From assembly GCA_002269645.1 (NCBI GenBank), contig NIVC01000390.1, positions 372,001-436,000 of the forward strand: a stretch of DNA of 64,000 nt, read 5' to 3'. Source of the stretch: Macrostomum lignano. Lineage: Eukaryota. Each line of letters starts with the position of its first letter. Positions within the stretch are counted from its first letter, which is position 1. This document shows, one piece after another, positions 1 through 12,754 of this stretch. The notes under the pieces were generated by a model. The model was not told the DNA's origin. It made no database searches and saw only the letters and a program-made list of their open reading frames with translations. Both the position numbers and the translations under genes were made by a program.

Positions 1-872
1 CAATGAGCGGAGAGGCAGATTCAAAGTAGATCAAAATTCCAGCTGAGACATCAACACAACAAAGCTGCTCAACGGTGGGGCACAGTGATGTACATGTACG
101 AGCTATTTTAAAGTTTTATTGCTTTTTTAGGAATATAAATCAAGGATGGGTGTGCATTAATATCAATAATAAAAAATTGCTCCATCACAAAGTGACATGT
201 TTTTGTTAGCAGAATATAGTGCAAAATGGCAATCAATGCATGAAAAAGGAGATACGTGGAGCCGAGCAATGCAGAGGAAAATTGGTGCAAAGTATTCATT
301 ATTTAAAAGTACGTTGAGTTCAAACAAAACGACAAATTAAAGTCGTTTGTATCGAGGCTTATAAATATATAGAATCACGATATTCGAAAAAGTAGCATTG
401 CACAGCCATAAAGTTGCAGCGATTTAGTGAAGGGAGGCTGAGGGTTAAGGATTCGAGGGTACGTAAGTACATGTACAGACCTAAAACATCTAAATAAAGT
501 AGTCTCGGCAGTCCTCTTAGCCAATTGAAACTTACTGATACTCGTAGAATAAAGATTAATATTACTACGAGCGCGCATCAATGCGAAGAAGTTTTAGGTG
601 ATAAAAAAACGTTTACTGACGAGACCGCCCTGGCCTCAAGTGCGCTCATTTAAGGATTGATGACCAGGCCGCACACACATCCGCATTGAAATTTTCGAAA
701 TTCGACATCTTCAGCTTGTATAATCTGCCGTCCAGCATGAACAGATTCAGGCTATGATGGTTAATAGCAGATCCTTGAATGCTGACTCAAAGATTTATGA
801 AATTTACGTGCGAAATAGTCTTTGGGATTGAGAGGATTGAGAGAATCAGTTCTACTTTACAACTGAGAGTAA

Positions 873-1210
873 GGGGGCTCTTATCTGCCAGCGGCTCAGG
901 CTCGATTTCAAGTGAAGTCACTTTAATTTGGGGCTAAATTGGAATCTCGGCTTTGCTCTGCTCGTGCAATTAACGCCCTTGAGGGCCAACCCCCTGGGCA
1001 CAGTGAAGTGTATATGCCTAACGATAAATACAGCTAGGGCCGCTGTACTCTCCTGTGTGAGTGTGGACCTGTGCGATTCCTGCGTGCGTATCCGCGCGCA
1101 TGTGTGCCTGCTCAGGGGAGTCGGCGGAATCGCCGGTTGTGTGACAATGTCGCTTAAAGTGTGCCAGCAGGGTACACACAGCCCCCTGCCTCCAATGAAA
1201 AAATAAATAC
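873..1210 (+). mobile_element. tRNA-derived SINE (family B), head partly deleted
   Basis: Body is closely similar to 42401-42760 (ATTTGGGGCT..GGAATCTCGGCT..GTGCAATTAACGCCCTTGAGGGCCAACCCC..GTGACAATGTCGCTTAAAGTG). It ends in an A-rich tail (AATGAAAAAATAAATA). The ORFs at 918-1232 are incidental. Confidence 0.7.
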
Positions 1211-1311
1211 AACATGAGAGTGGAATGCACACATGAAGCCTAAACTCAAAATATCAATCTTACTACTTGTTGTTTCGCTGTTAGATAGTAGTAAAAATAG
1301 CTTCTGGTTCT

Positions 1312-4232
1312 TCACATGCTGTGCACAGTGTCCAGCAGTTCCTCAACACTCTTGCAGGCCTTATACTTGCACTTTGCTTTTGTGACCACCGCAACTTTGC
1401 CAGCCAGCTGCCAGGTCCTGAGTTCGATGCCACCCGGCGTCTGACGCCAGCCGGACGTGAACGGCACGCAGGTGTCCTCGCGCAGGGTCACGACCTGCAG
1501 ACGGCCTTTGATTGCGCCGCCTCCACCGCCGGCAGTTGGCAGCGGCAGGAACAGCGTGACCTGCGCGTGCAGCGGCGCTTCCGTGATCTGCTCGACGCGC
1601 ACCAGGTGCCCCACGGTCACCAGGTTGTCAACGGCTGGCAGCACCTGGCGCAGCTCGTCAATCAGTGACTTATCAATAGACTCAACCCGCATATGCAGCT
1701 CGATGGCCTTCTCAACCGAGTTGGCTGGGAAGTGAATCCGAACAGCCGGATCAAAGGTGGACGCAAACAGTCCGCCGGCCTGGGTGATGACAAACACGTC
1801 GGGCTGGGCCTGCACCGAGTGACCCCTGCGCTGGCTGAGCGTCCGCACCGGCAGGCTGGGACTGCGGTCCATTGCCGTCTGGGAGCGGAGGTCCTGGCTG
1901 TGAACAAAATATAAAACAATTTGCAGATAAACTGTAAGTATAAGAGCTGCACTACAAAAGAGTAACATGGAATTCATACTTGGACTTGGCCTTCCTCAAT
2001 GATCGAATGCTAAGCTTTTTCCAGCGCTCGGCGGGCCGGGCCCAATTCTCGTGCAACAGAGTCTCCACTTCGTTGCAGACGCCAAGCAGATTGTAGTCGA
2101 CACGATTCTGCATCTTCTGGTTCGGCTGCGGCTGATGATGATTCTGGAGATGCTGCTGAGCCGGTTGTGACCTCGAGGACACCGTCGTACGGACTGGTCG
2201 CCTGTCTTCTTCGTCTGAAGTGCTGTCGGGCGAATTCACCAGCTGGTCGATGATGGACGCCTGGTGCAGGTCCTGGATTGAGGCCACCTGCAGCGAGGCC
2301 GGGTAGCTGGTCGGATCGTACATAAAAATGTTCCCGTTGGATGGCTGAAGCGGCAGCACTTTGGTTGCCATCACGGCGGACTGCTGACCAAAGGCGCCAA
2401 CGAAAGAGGTAGACATTGGCGTTGGTGTTATCGCTCTGCGTCGACCGCCGCCCTCGGGCTCCGAGACGCTTTCAATGTTGCTGTCAGGCAGAGCGGCGTG
2501 AAACGATCGACGGTGCTGCTGCAGGTGCCCATTGTTGCTCGTGTGAGACGTGTTACGCTGGACCGCGTTCCGCTTGGCCGTGCCGTGGCCTCCTTTTTTG
2601 GCTGGGCCGCCGCCACCGCCGCCGCCGTTTCTTAGAAATGTGGACTGCGATTTTGAGCGAAGCTCACCGTGACGGTTGCGGCTTGTGACGGCCGGTTGCG
2701 GACCACCTGCTGCAAGCCATGCCTTGGGTGACACCTGTGGTTGCTGGCCCTGGGGCACCTGAAGCTGCTGCATTTGCTGTTGATGCTTTTGATGCTGTTG
2801 TTGCTGCTGCTGTAGTTGATGTTGCTGCTGTTGCTGTAGTTGCGGATATGACTGGTGGTGTTGACGACCTCGACCACCAACAGCTCCTCCAGTTTCTACC
2901 TGGCCCGGAACCACAATCGGCCCAGAACTAATCGAGTTACCGTTGATGTTGAGAAACTCCAAGTTGGCTAGCTCGTTTAGAGTGGGCGGCAGTTGTGATA
3001 GGCGGTTGTTGCCGAGGTCGAGCGTTCTGAGACGCTTTAACAAGGCAATGTCCGGAGGCAGGTAGTAGAGACGATTGTTTTGCAAGAACAGCCTCTCGAG
3101 AGCCGTTGCGTCCGACAATCCCATAGGAACGGCCTCCAACAGGTTGTCAGCCAGGTTCAGCATCTTCAGGTTGACGAGTTTCTCAACCGAGAGCGACTTC
3201 ATGCTGTTGTTGGAGAGGTTCAACGTTTCGAGCGACACGCAATCGCAAGAGAAGGACAGAATCTTATTGTCTTGCAGAAGCAGAGTTCTAAGTTTTGTCA
3301 GACGCGACAAACGGTAAGGCACGTGATTGAGCTGATTGTTGGACAGGTTTAAAGTCACTAAGCAGCGAATGCCCAGGATTGACTGAGGCATGGTTTCGAA
3401 CTTGTTCTTGGACAGATTTAGATCCTGCAGTGTGAAAAAGTAAGTTAGTTACAATTTTCCTAAATGGTAGCTCGTAATCTTGTTGGTTTCTTAACAATTT
3501 CCTAACAAATTTCTTTTCAATTAAGAGCATTCTAATCATTATTTTTACACTCACTTGAAGGTTACGCAGCTGCTGCATCTCAATTGGAAGGTCAACTAGG
3601 CGGTTGCCTTTGAGATTAAGCTCCCTGATCGATCGAATTGAACAGATCACCTCAGGCAGTACATTGAAACGATTGTGAGCTAGGTTGAGGCTTCTCAAAC
3701 TCTTTAAGTTCTTCATCGTAAACGGTACGCCCCACAGCTTGTTGTTCTGAGCATTCAGTGACTTTAAATTCTCCATTTGTCCTATGCCGTGCGGCAGTTG
3801 CTCAAAATAGTTGGACGATATGTTGAGCACTTTCATATTCTTCATGTAGCCAATCGTGCCAGGCAGCGAAGAAAGATTGTTGTTGGAGAGGTCCAGCTCC
3901 GTGAGCTGGTTGCAGTTGGAGATGGTGTCGGGCACATGAGACAGGCAGTTCAGGTAGGCGTGAAGAATCTTGAGCCGACGAAATTGCCCGATCTGGTGGC
4001 CCAGCCTCTCGAGTCTGTTCTTGGATACATTCAGCAACTCGACTCGGCTAAAGTTGTAGGCCTCCTGCGGCAAGTCAACAATGTTCTGCGAGCTCAAATC
4101 CAGTTCGATTAGTCCTTCCGAGTTAATTTTCACCCGGAGTCGCAGAAAGCGCTCCTGGTCCATTTCCCAGGTGACCGGACTGAAGTACGTGTCCGGATAG
4201 AGGCGACTTATATCTGAGCGCATCAGCTCCAT
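1312..4232 (-). CDS. Leucine-rich-repeat protein with polyQ/low-complexity linker and C-terminal ZU5-like domain (~902 aa)
   Basis: Exons 4232-3555, 3424-1980 and 1897-1312, joined by GT-AG introns (CAA|GTGAGT..CTGCAG|GAT phase 0; AA|GTATGA..TCACAG|C phase 2), restore one frame. Many LxxLxLxxNxL repeats. ITQAGGLFASTFDPAVRIHFPANSV and QVTLFLPLP resemble ankyrin/PIDD-type ZU5. The start is uncertain: a TCAG acceptor lies just upstream, so an earlier exon may exist. Confidence 0.75.
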
Positions 4233-5164
4233 TCCGCTTCGATGAGCTCGATGTATGAATTGCAGGGCGCTGATTTAGGCAGTCTTACCTTCAAAACTCT
4301 ATACTGCGTTAATAAGCTGCCTAGGGCTGCCGTTGAGTCCGCAGGGAGGGTCAGGGAGGCTTTACTCACCACTGGGCGTAGCCTTAGGCTCTAGAGTGAG
4401 CGAGATTGCGGGTTGTTACGGTTCTCTGCGGTCTATGGTTGCTTTATACCATTCCCTATCCAATGTCGACCTGCTAAGCTTGGGCTTTAATTGAAAATCC
4501 CGCATTTGCTGAGCCTCAATAGAACTAGTAAGCAGCGCTTGCGTCTCTGTCACGGGCATGGTGCATCCCTTCTTTACTTATTCATGATGTGGTGACTCTC
4601 TCGCATCTCTCTTAGTCTTTACCTGCACGAAACTTAATTTTATTTCCTCATTCTGATTCCCCGTGGGGCCTTTATTTTTTAGTCTTCAACCACCCGGTGA
4701 GCCTTCACAATTTCGGGGTTCCCTGAGCATCTCAAGCTCAAGAGTTTGGCAAAAGACCTTCATCCAAAGCTGACTGTTTTCCCTACTAGCCTTGTCGGTC
4801 CTTTAGGCGATTAAATCCCCGGAAAATTCCTCTCCGATTTTCTAAGTAACGTAAAAATTGCCGTCCCTACTGTTATATACTGTAGTCTAAAAGGTCCATG
4901 AATTGTTGCTAAGCTAGATTTCACGCTGTAAGAAGTGTTCGCTTTCATGCTAGTACGTCGTACGACCTCGCTGGCAAGATCCCATCTCTAAAACCGCAGG
5001 TCTACAGCCGGTTGGCCGGAGTCAAGCCGTGTAGTAGTTGCGACATTTGCAGTAAAGACACCCATCTCCAAAAGGGCCCTCTAAACCCCCTGGGAATTTT
5101 ATCAACCCACTTTGGTATATTTATCCGCTGGTAGACCTACTCGATCCTCAGCGGCAGAGCCCAC

Positions 5165-5715
5165 ACTCAGGTCTGATGGTGTTGCCGTCCGGTAGAAGCA
5201 GCGGCGGTGGAGAGTTGGCAATGCCAAAATGCAGCACCTCTGTCTTGCTGTACGAGCCTATTTGATGTGGAGCCCCACGCGCTTCCCCTCGTCAGCCAGC
5301 CGACTCACCGCCCTCTGCGCAGCTTCGGGGCTGCAGCAGGTCAGCGCCAAGTCGTCGGCGAAGGCGAGGCAGATCAGCTTGACACAGGGAAAGCGGGAGC
5401 TGCGGCGAGGCACCACTTCATAGCCGTCTTCGTCGCGCAGAGCCAGCCGCATGACGTAGTCAATCAGGATAACGAATAGAAACGGTGATAGGGTCACCTT
5501 GCAGGACCCCGGATGGAGGTGGTGGCTAATTCAGGTGTAGGGCCGTGTTCAGTCTGGACAAAAGCCTTGGACGAGCTGTAGAGGTCCATGATCGCCTGGA
5601 CCAGCAGCTTAGGAACTCCATGCTGCTGGAGGAGCCAGGCAATGGCCGCCAGCGGGGCTGACGGAGTCAAAAGCTTTGCAGAAATCTACAAAAACAATTG
5701 ACACCGCCTTTTGGC
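5165..5715 (-). pseudogene. Non-LTR retrotransposon (LINE, RTE-like) reverse transcriptase fragment
   Basis: RT motifs IVFVDFCKAFDSV, GVPKLLVQAIMDLY, GVLQGD/TLSPFLF (frameshifted), LAFADDL and KTEVLHFG. Frameshifts and deletions are present. Confidence 0.85.
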
Positions 5716-6251
5716 GAGTCTCGCAGGTGTCAATGATGATCACAGCGTCCAGATCGAAAGCCGCTCTGGATGTTGAGAAGCCTCTGGTTGATGATGAGTT
5801 GAATGCGGTTTCAAAGGATAGTGCACTTTGGCCAGAGTGCACTCTGACCTAGAGTGCACATTGAGATAGTGCAACTTTGGGATAGTGCAGAGATAGTGCA
5901 CTTTGGCCTAGAGTGCACTCTGACTTTGGCCAGAGTAGTCCCAGCATGGTTGGCTCTTATATTGCCCTGTGGGCCTTAGAGATCAGCTTGATTTTCCTAA
6001 TGTGGTGTGTGCATACGAGTATGTAATATAAATGTCTGGTTCGGGAAAAACAATTTTTGGCTGGTAAGTTTGGCATTGCAGTCACTTCTGGCATTAAATT
6101 ATGGAATGGAATACTTAATTTAGCAGCTTGAGGAAACAGCACTGTTACTTTTTTATTTCTTTTCATTTATTTTTTATTTCTCATTTTTTAAAATCTCTCA
6201 TTGAGAGCCAGCAAAAAGTCCAGATTTCTTGGAGTTGAGGTTGGGTACACC

Positions 6252-6565
6252 CATGGAGGAAAGAAAAGAATGGAGTGCTAATCTGAGCTAGCCAGTTATT
6301 TTTATCTCGCTCGATCTCAACTTTTAACATCCCTTTCCCCCCCCCCCCGTTCTTTCCTATTGGCTCGTGACTGCCATAGACAAAGTATTTTTCGTCTCGT
6401 TTTCGTTTTAGTTCCCCTCTGAAAGGTCTGTCCCAGCATAGTATGAGCTCGCATCAAAATATGCTTTCAGCCAAGGAAGGGGGGAAAGGGATGTTAAAAG
6501 CGAAAATAGAGCGAGATAAAAATAACTGGCTCAGAATAGCACTCCATTCTATTCTTTCCTCCATG
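6252..6565. mobile_element. Non-autonomous hAT-type MITE (CATGGA family)
   Basis: ~90-bp imperfect TIRs beginning CATGGAGGAAAGAA. Perfect 8-bp TSD GGTACACC at 6244-6251 and 6566-6573. Confidence 0.85.
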
Positions 6566-7882
6566 GGTACACCACCGTTTTAGGAATGCTATAGGAAAAT
6601 GAACGCAAAACCGAAAATTCGCGCATGTTTTCTTCTTTATTTTCTTTTTCTTTAAACCATAGATTTTTATTGATGTTTTCGTGACATGTTTCGCTGAGCA
6701 ATCAGCATCGTAAGGCAATAATACAGAAAGAGGGTAGAATTAAATTAATTAAGCTAACATGATGCAATAAAGCAGGTGTGGATAGGCTAGCAAAATTAGA
6801 TGGACAAGTTTGAGAAGCAAGCACACAGCAGGACAAAACACCCTTAAATGGACACTCGCCCCTCCACCAGGAAGTTGGATGTGCATGATGGGCTTAAGAT
6901 TTTTTCCATATTTTTAAATAATAATTATGACCAGTTATAAAAAGCACAGCCCCGTCTCCTTGCATAGCTTTAGCTCAGCTTTGTTAGGTCACTCAATTTT
7001 TTTTAAACACGTTTCACTTCACGCAAAAAAATTTATAGCTCTGGTTGCAAGCATTGTTAATGTTATAGTATGGATAATGGTGTAGGTAAATAGAGCACAG
7101 TCAGAGTGACAGAGTAGAGTAGTCAACATTGTCAAGTCCTTCATTCAAAAGTTAGCGCATGCAAGATATCCATCGCTTATCTTATGGCCTATCCTGGATT
7201 CTGGATATCTATCAATATATAGGCCTAGGCTATGTTAGGCCTAAGACTAGCTTATATAGTACATGCATTGTGCATAATGGCTATAGCCTATATCTATGAC
7301 TATATGATATGAGTATATGACTTAGTTTTAGATTCTTCAACATCCTAGACCTAGTCAGTCTTATTAGTTTAGACATTTTATCTCATCTCTTAGGTCTATT
7401 ATTATTATCACCTGAGTTGATAGAATTAGAATGATAGTCCCTAGGCTGCCTATTATCATTACATTATCATTGTGATATTGTCTTGTAATTGTAATTATTA
7501 GCAAATTTGCTCTAAGCCTATCTATAATCTGTCTGACTTTATCTATATGAACTTTTATTGAAATGTAATATTTTGTACACATAGGCCAGGCCATTATGTC
7601 TTATGTGCAATGTGCATAACATAGGCCTAGCTAGGCCCTAGTCAATATAGGCCTAGCTAGGCCCTATTCAATATAGACCTAGCCATCTAGTGGGTCTAAT
7701 TTTAAAATTAATTAGGGGGGGCTAATTAAATAAGGCCTAATTAAATAATTTATTGTTTAAAACTGCTGGAAAACATAATTTTATAAAGCATAAGCCATAA
7801 CTTATAAGATTATGCCTATGTCTAAGTATGTTTAGTCTTGTAGTTTTAAATTGAAGTTGAACTTTAAGCCAATTAAAGTACT

Positions 7883-7932
7883 TAAGGTAAGGTAAGGTAA
7901 GGTAAGTAAGGTAATTAAGGTAACTGGTAAGG
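7883..7932. repeat. (TAAGG)n microsatellite
   Basis: Direct reading; degenerate at its right end. Confidence 0.8.
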
Positions 7933-7941
7933 TATAGGGGC

Positions 7942-10900
7942 CAGGGGCGTAGCCAGGATTTTTTTTTGGGGGTATCGGTTAGCTGTTATCAGTCTACTTT
8001 CACTCATTACATGTGCATTTTTCTGGCTTGGCTTAATTCATGAAACGACTTTTAGTATACATATTTGTATATGCATATATACTCGTAATTCATATTCGTA
8101 AAGCAAGAAAAAACGAAATTATTTCAACTTCTATCAAATCACCAACACTTTTCCAAGCAAATAACGCAGTGACCAACCTTCCATATTGATTTTATTTATT
8201 CAATATCAAAGAGCAAATTTCACATTTACATCATATGGGACAATACAAGAAGTAGAAATGTAGAATACTAAGTATAGCTTACTTATAGCATTTTGATTAA
8301 TAGAGAATATAATAGTATGCGCAAGCTCTTATTGTATTAGTTTGGTTTTTGTTCCTATATTATTACATTTAATGTACATGTAATCTTCTACTCGTATTGT
8401 GATTAGTTATGTATGTTATGCATGCTCAATCTAGGCCTATCAAAACTTGCTGTCTAAAAGTTTAACTTTGTACTTACAGATCAATTCTACGAGACCCATT
8501 CTGTACAAACTGATCGATAACTTTATCAATGTCCAGCTTCATATCCTTGTGGATTAGAAGCTGGGCCAATCCTGTCAGTCACTCCTGTCCCATTGTAGAA
8601 CGTAGGTATGACTTCAGTGGACGAAGCTGACTGAATGATCGCTCAGCAGTTGCAGTGGTGACAGGAATCGTCGCCAGAACTTGTAGTAGAAGCCGGATGT
8701 TAGGAAAGCTCTGGAGGCTAACAGCTGAATTTGCCAACATCTTGAGCACACTTCGCGGTCTGTCCTTTTGATCGACATTCTGCCAGCGCTTTTTCCATAG
8801 CAAGAATTCAGCCTCGATGTCGTCCACAAAGCTTAATCCTCGTAACTGTCCGATGTAAATTTCTATCGATTTCTTCACGCTGTCAAAACTTTCGTCAACA
8901 ACACTCTGAGGAAGCAGTCGTGCCATCTGGAATGCAAGCTGCGCATGAGAACTGAAGCGCTCCTCAAGAGTAGCAATTATCCCATCCAGGAATGGATTGT
9001 ACATTGCTATGCAGAAGTAATCACGTGCCGTGGAGACATCGGGGTTGGCACAATGCTTCTGTCGACACCTGGCACTGGTTCGAGGCTTTTGTAGTGGCTC
9101 GCCGAGTGCTTTCTAAGCAGAATCGAATATCTTATTGTAACGGACATGGCCATCATCAGAGTGGAGATCTCAAAGAACATTGATGACAGCCTTAATTTGA
9201 TTGACACAATCAACAAGATCGAGATCTACACACTGCAATTTCTCTGATAATGGCTTGGTGATGGTGAGAATGGCATCGATGATGTGGCCTGCAATAACAT
9301 ATTCGCTTTTTAGCAAAAGTTTGAGGTTGTTTCGAGCATTGCTGCCTGCCTCTCCTCCCCATGTGCTGATCTCCTCTAGAGTTTCAATGATTGCTGGGAA
9401 GAGCAGGTTGAATCGGATGAAAGCCTCCTGCTTCTCAACCCATCTGGTTTTGCAGTGCTGTAGAAGTTGATGCACAGATGACTCTGGAACCAGCTCTTTG
9501 ATTTTTTTTTCAAGCAGAGCTGTTCTTTGTGGTGATGAACGAATGAAGACTGTGACTGTATTAACAGCAGTAATAGCGGCACGAACTGAATCTAGCTTAC
9601 AAGCATCCTGCAGGGACAGGTTTAGATTATGCGCAGCACAGTGCACATAGATTGCTAGTTTTTTTCCCAGCTGCTCGCGAATCACTGCCTAAACGCCATT
9701 GAACTTGCCAGACATGGCTGAAGCTCCATCATAGCCTTGAGCAACAAGTTGTGCTGTAATATGGAGAGAATTGAGCGTCTCGAGAAGCTTTGTTGCAAGC
9801 CCGATACCAGTCAAATCTTCAACGTGAACAAAGCATATAAACTCTTCGTGAATAGCTACACTTCCATCACTGATGTCGAGGTACCTAACACAGATGGACA
9901 TCTGTTCTTTGTGCGAAGAATCTGTAGTCTCATCTGCAAGCAGCGCAAAGTAGCCTGCTTTGTTGATTTTTTTTACTAAATCTTGGATGATAACATCAGA
10001 CAGAGCCTGAATTATTTCATTCTGTGATTCACTGGAAGTGTATTTGGCATTTGATGGTCCAGTGCAAATGTGTTCACGTAGAATAGGATCATGTTTTGCG
10101 AGAAGCTGCAGAAGTGCAACGAAGTTCCCTTTATCATAGTCAATAGTTCCATCTGGATGAACTTTTATAGGTCCACAGTCACAATGTCCTCAAAAAGCCA
10201 GACCACAGTGAGCGAGAAATTCAATTGGTTCAATTACGTGTTTTAGTCTTTCCCTATTTTCCTTCACTAGCTTTGCGCGACTGACATCCAGCATGTGGCC
10301 AACATTCGTTCCAGATAGCAGGGCATCGGCTTTGATCACAGAGTCACTTCTGTGGTAGTCACATTGCAAATGTTTCTTCAGCTTTGTTGTGATGACATCA
10401 AACTTAGTGCATGGAGTTCCCACAAAGGCATCGACTGTTTGTCCATGGATGGCAAAGTTGGTCGGAAGAAATAGAACGCAATACCTAAAGGAGAAAGAAA
10501 TGGTTAGAATGGTAGGAGTGAGCATTAAGTCCATACCACAGATACTAGAACACTAGATACTAGATACTAGAGTTGTTCTAGTATCTGTGGTCGATACATG
10601 TACCTCAAGACCAGATCCAGATGTCAAGAGTACAATTTAGCAATATATCAATAAACTCATTAACTTCTAACTTACTTGCAAAATATGCCGCCGAGCTTAG
10701 CAGAATACGCAAAGCATGCGTTGCGACCAGTTAGATGTTGGTGAGACAAGTAGCGCTTGTGGACATTGCCCTTATTAGATTTAAGCATGAACGGGAATGA
10801 GTACCCTTGTGGGGGCACCCAACAGTCCTTAAGGAATCGCAGTTGAGTAGCTATATCCAGCTTTCCATCGCGACGAAGCTCAACAGCATAGCCGATGTCA

Positions 10901-12050
10901 TTGACATTGATCTCAGTCTCAGCAGCTGCTTCATCTGCTTGATGTTGGAGATCAGACTTGTCAAACTGACTTGAAAAAGTAATAGTAGCTTGCAGTTGTT
11001 GCTTGGGAGCTGTTGGAACTGAATTCGGAGTAGCCAAGTCAGGCAAACTGCCAGTAGCAGTGTCACAAGACACAATAGATGAATCTGGCTATGTAGTGCT
11101 AGAACTAGGCATAGACAGTAGCCCAGGATCAGGGTTAGGGCGGGACCGCTTCAAGTTCTCAAATAATGAGCAGATATCATGACCATGAGATTTTCGCTTG
11201 CTCATTTTGAATTCCACATGAACTCTTGCAGACTTTAGTAGCAGTCCAGAAATAAAAAAATCTGCCTTAGATTTAGAATAAACGGCTTTACGGCCTTAGA
11301 ATAAACGGCTTTATGGCCTTAGAATAAACGGCTTGGAGGAGGCAAGGTTATAGTTAATTCTTTCCTTATTCCTTCCCCTTTTTAGTCTTCTCAGGATGGT
11401 GGGGTCAGCAGGCAGACGTAGATGCTCATCTTAGTCTTTCTTAATGTACATGCCTATTTAGTTCCTCCTTCTTTCCTTCTAGTTCTAGTTCTCTCCTCTG
11501 TACATAATATACCCTTCACCCACTGGCCCCTGAATTTTATTTTCTAGTTAATTCAAGACAGACTTCTTTCAAACAATTCAGAAGCTAATGCATTTTGCAG
11601 CGAAAACTGGCCAGGCAACCCACCCCATTGTTCATCACTGATTCCACTGGCTCAGCTGGCAGACTGCCCACGGGCCACGCCCCAGTCCTACCCCCTCGGT
11701 TATCCACTTACCCCCCTCACCCCTTAATAGTCGGTTGGTTGGTTGGGAGAATGAGTTGATAGTTGATAGTTGTCCAAGGACCAAGTTATACAAGTACAAA
11801 GAAAGCAATGAAATGACTTGAGATCCACACATCCCCTTAGGCCTTAATGTATTTCTAATGCATATAAGCTATTAATGATACTATTACATATAATCACTCT
11901 ATTCATTTGTTAATTGTTATTCTATCAATTCGGATACCTTTCTCTTCCTTAACGGTCACTTGCAACTAAAAAAAGTAAATAAAAAAATTTTTGCTTTGGA
12001 AATTTGGGGGTATCGGCCGATACACCGATACCCCCCTCGCTATGCCCCTG
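7942..12050 (-). mobile_element. hAT DNA transposon, full length, inactive
   Basis: TIRs CAGGGGCGTAGC (7942) and GCTATGCCCCTG (ends 12050). Both ends carry GGGGGTATCGG subterminal motifs and enclose a transposase gene. No intact 8-bp TSD (ATAGGGGC vs TTTAAGTA). Confidence 0.8.
8474..11205 (-). pseudogene. hAT transposase pseudogene (TTF-type Zn finger, DUF4371-like region, hAT dimerisation domain; ZMYM1/THAP12-like), ~846 codons
   Basis: ATG at 11205 (MSKRKSHGHDI). One intron, 10675-10485 (AA|GTAAGT..CTTTAG|G), joins FCK-YC. Motifs ADETTD, QGYDGA, HCAAHNLNL, KTRW, TAERSFS; terminal TAA at 8474-8476. Six in-frame stops (11089, 10190, 9689, 9170, 9113, 8579) and no frameshift. Confidence 0.9.
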
Positions 12051-12223
12051 TTTAAGTAGGCCTATACTATAACCCATAGTCCCAAGTATGAGAATTTTTT
12101 TGCTCTGCACATTATGCATTAAGTCTACCCTAAATAAGTGTACACCAATAGCAATAGACTAGGAAAAGATTACAATTTAGGGCACTACAATAATAAGGGA
12201 CCTTTTTGTGTTATAACTATATA

Positions 12224-12395
12224 CATACATGCGCAACTTTGGGATTCACTCGGCCGTTTCTATTGGCAACACACGCATGTAAGTCGCTATTGGACAGAAC
12301 AGTAGTCACGTGACTGCTCTCAGCCAATAGCGACTTACATGCGTGTGTTGCCAATAGAAACGGCCGGGTGAATCCCAAGGTTGCGCCCAAGCATG
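12224..12395. mobile_element. Palindromic (foldback) MITE, CATACATGCGCAAC family
   Basis: 8-bp TSD ACTATATA (12216-12223, 12396-12403). Arms include a perfect 42-bp inverted repeat, centred on TCACGTGA. Confidence 0.85.
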
Positions 12396-12754
12396 ACTAT
12401 ATAGCTTTTTTGTGTTTTGAATTTTATTTAAGATTGCAAATAAACTGCTTATGGCAATGCTCTTTTGTTTGCAATCTAAATACATTTATTTGCTTTTCAA
12501 TTATTACATTATCTGTCTTAAAAATTATTATATATAATACTCGCTTCAAAAGTGACAAGTATCATGTCATATTTTTAGAATGATTGGAAAATTTCTGTGA
12601 CATAGCTACTACATAGCTCTGACGATAGTACTATGCATTTTTACCTTTTTATACATTGCCTTGCTATGTGAAGCATGCCTAAAAACTTTTTCAACTCCTT
12701 GATGCACACTGTGCATGCAGTACTAGACTGTCTAAGACCTTGTTGTATACAAGA

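Noticed and set aside
640-790. Possible extra 3' exon of the LRR-ZU5 gene on the minus strand
   Set aside because: It would need a weak AT|GTGAAG donor at the stop codon, and the peptide has no recognisable motif.
8474-11205. Stop-codon reassignment or selenocysteine readthrough in the transposase
   Set aside because: Both TAG and TGA interrupt it, while host genes in the window end normally at TGA or TAA; C>T mutation is simpler.
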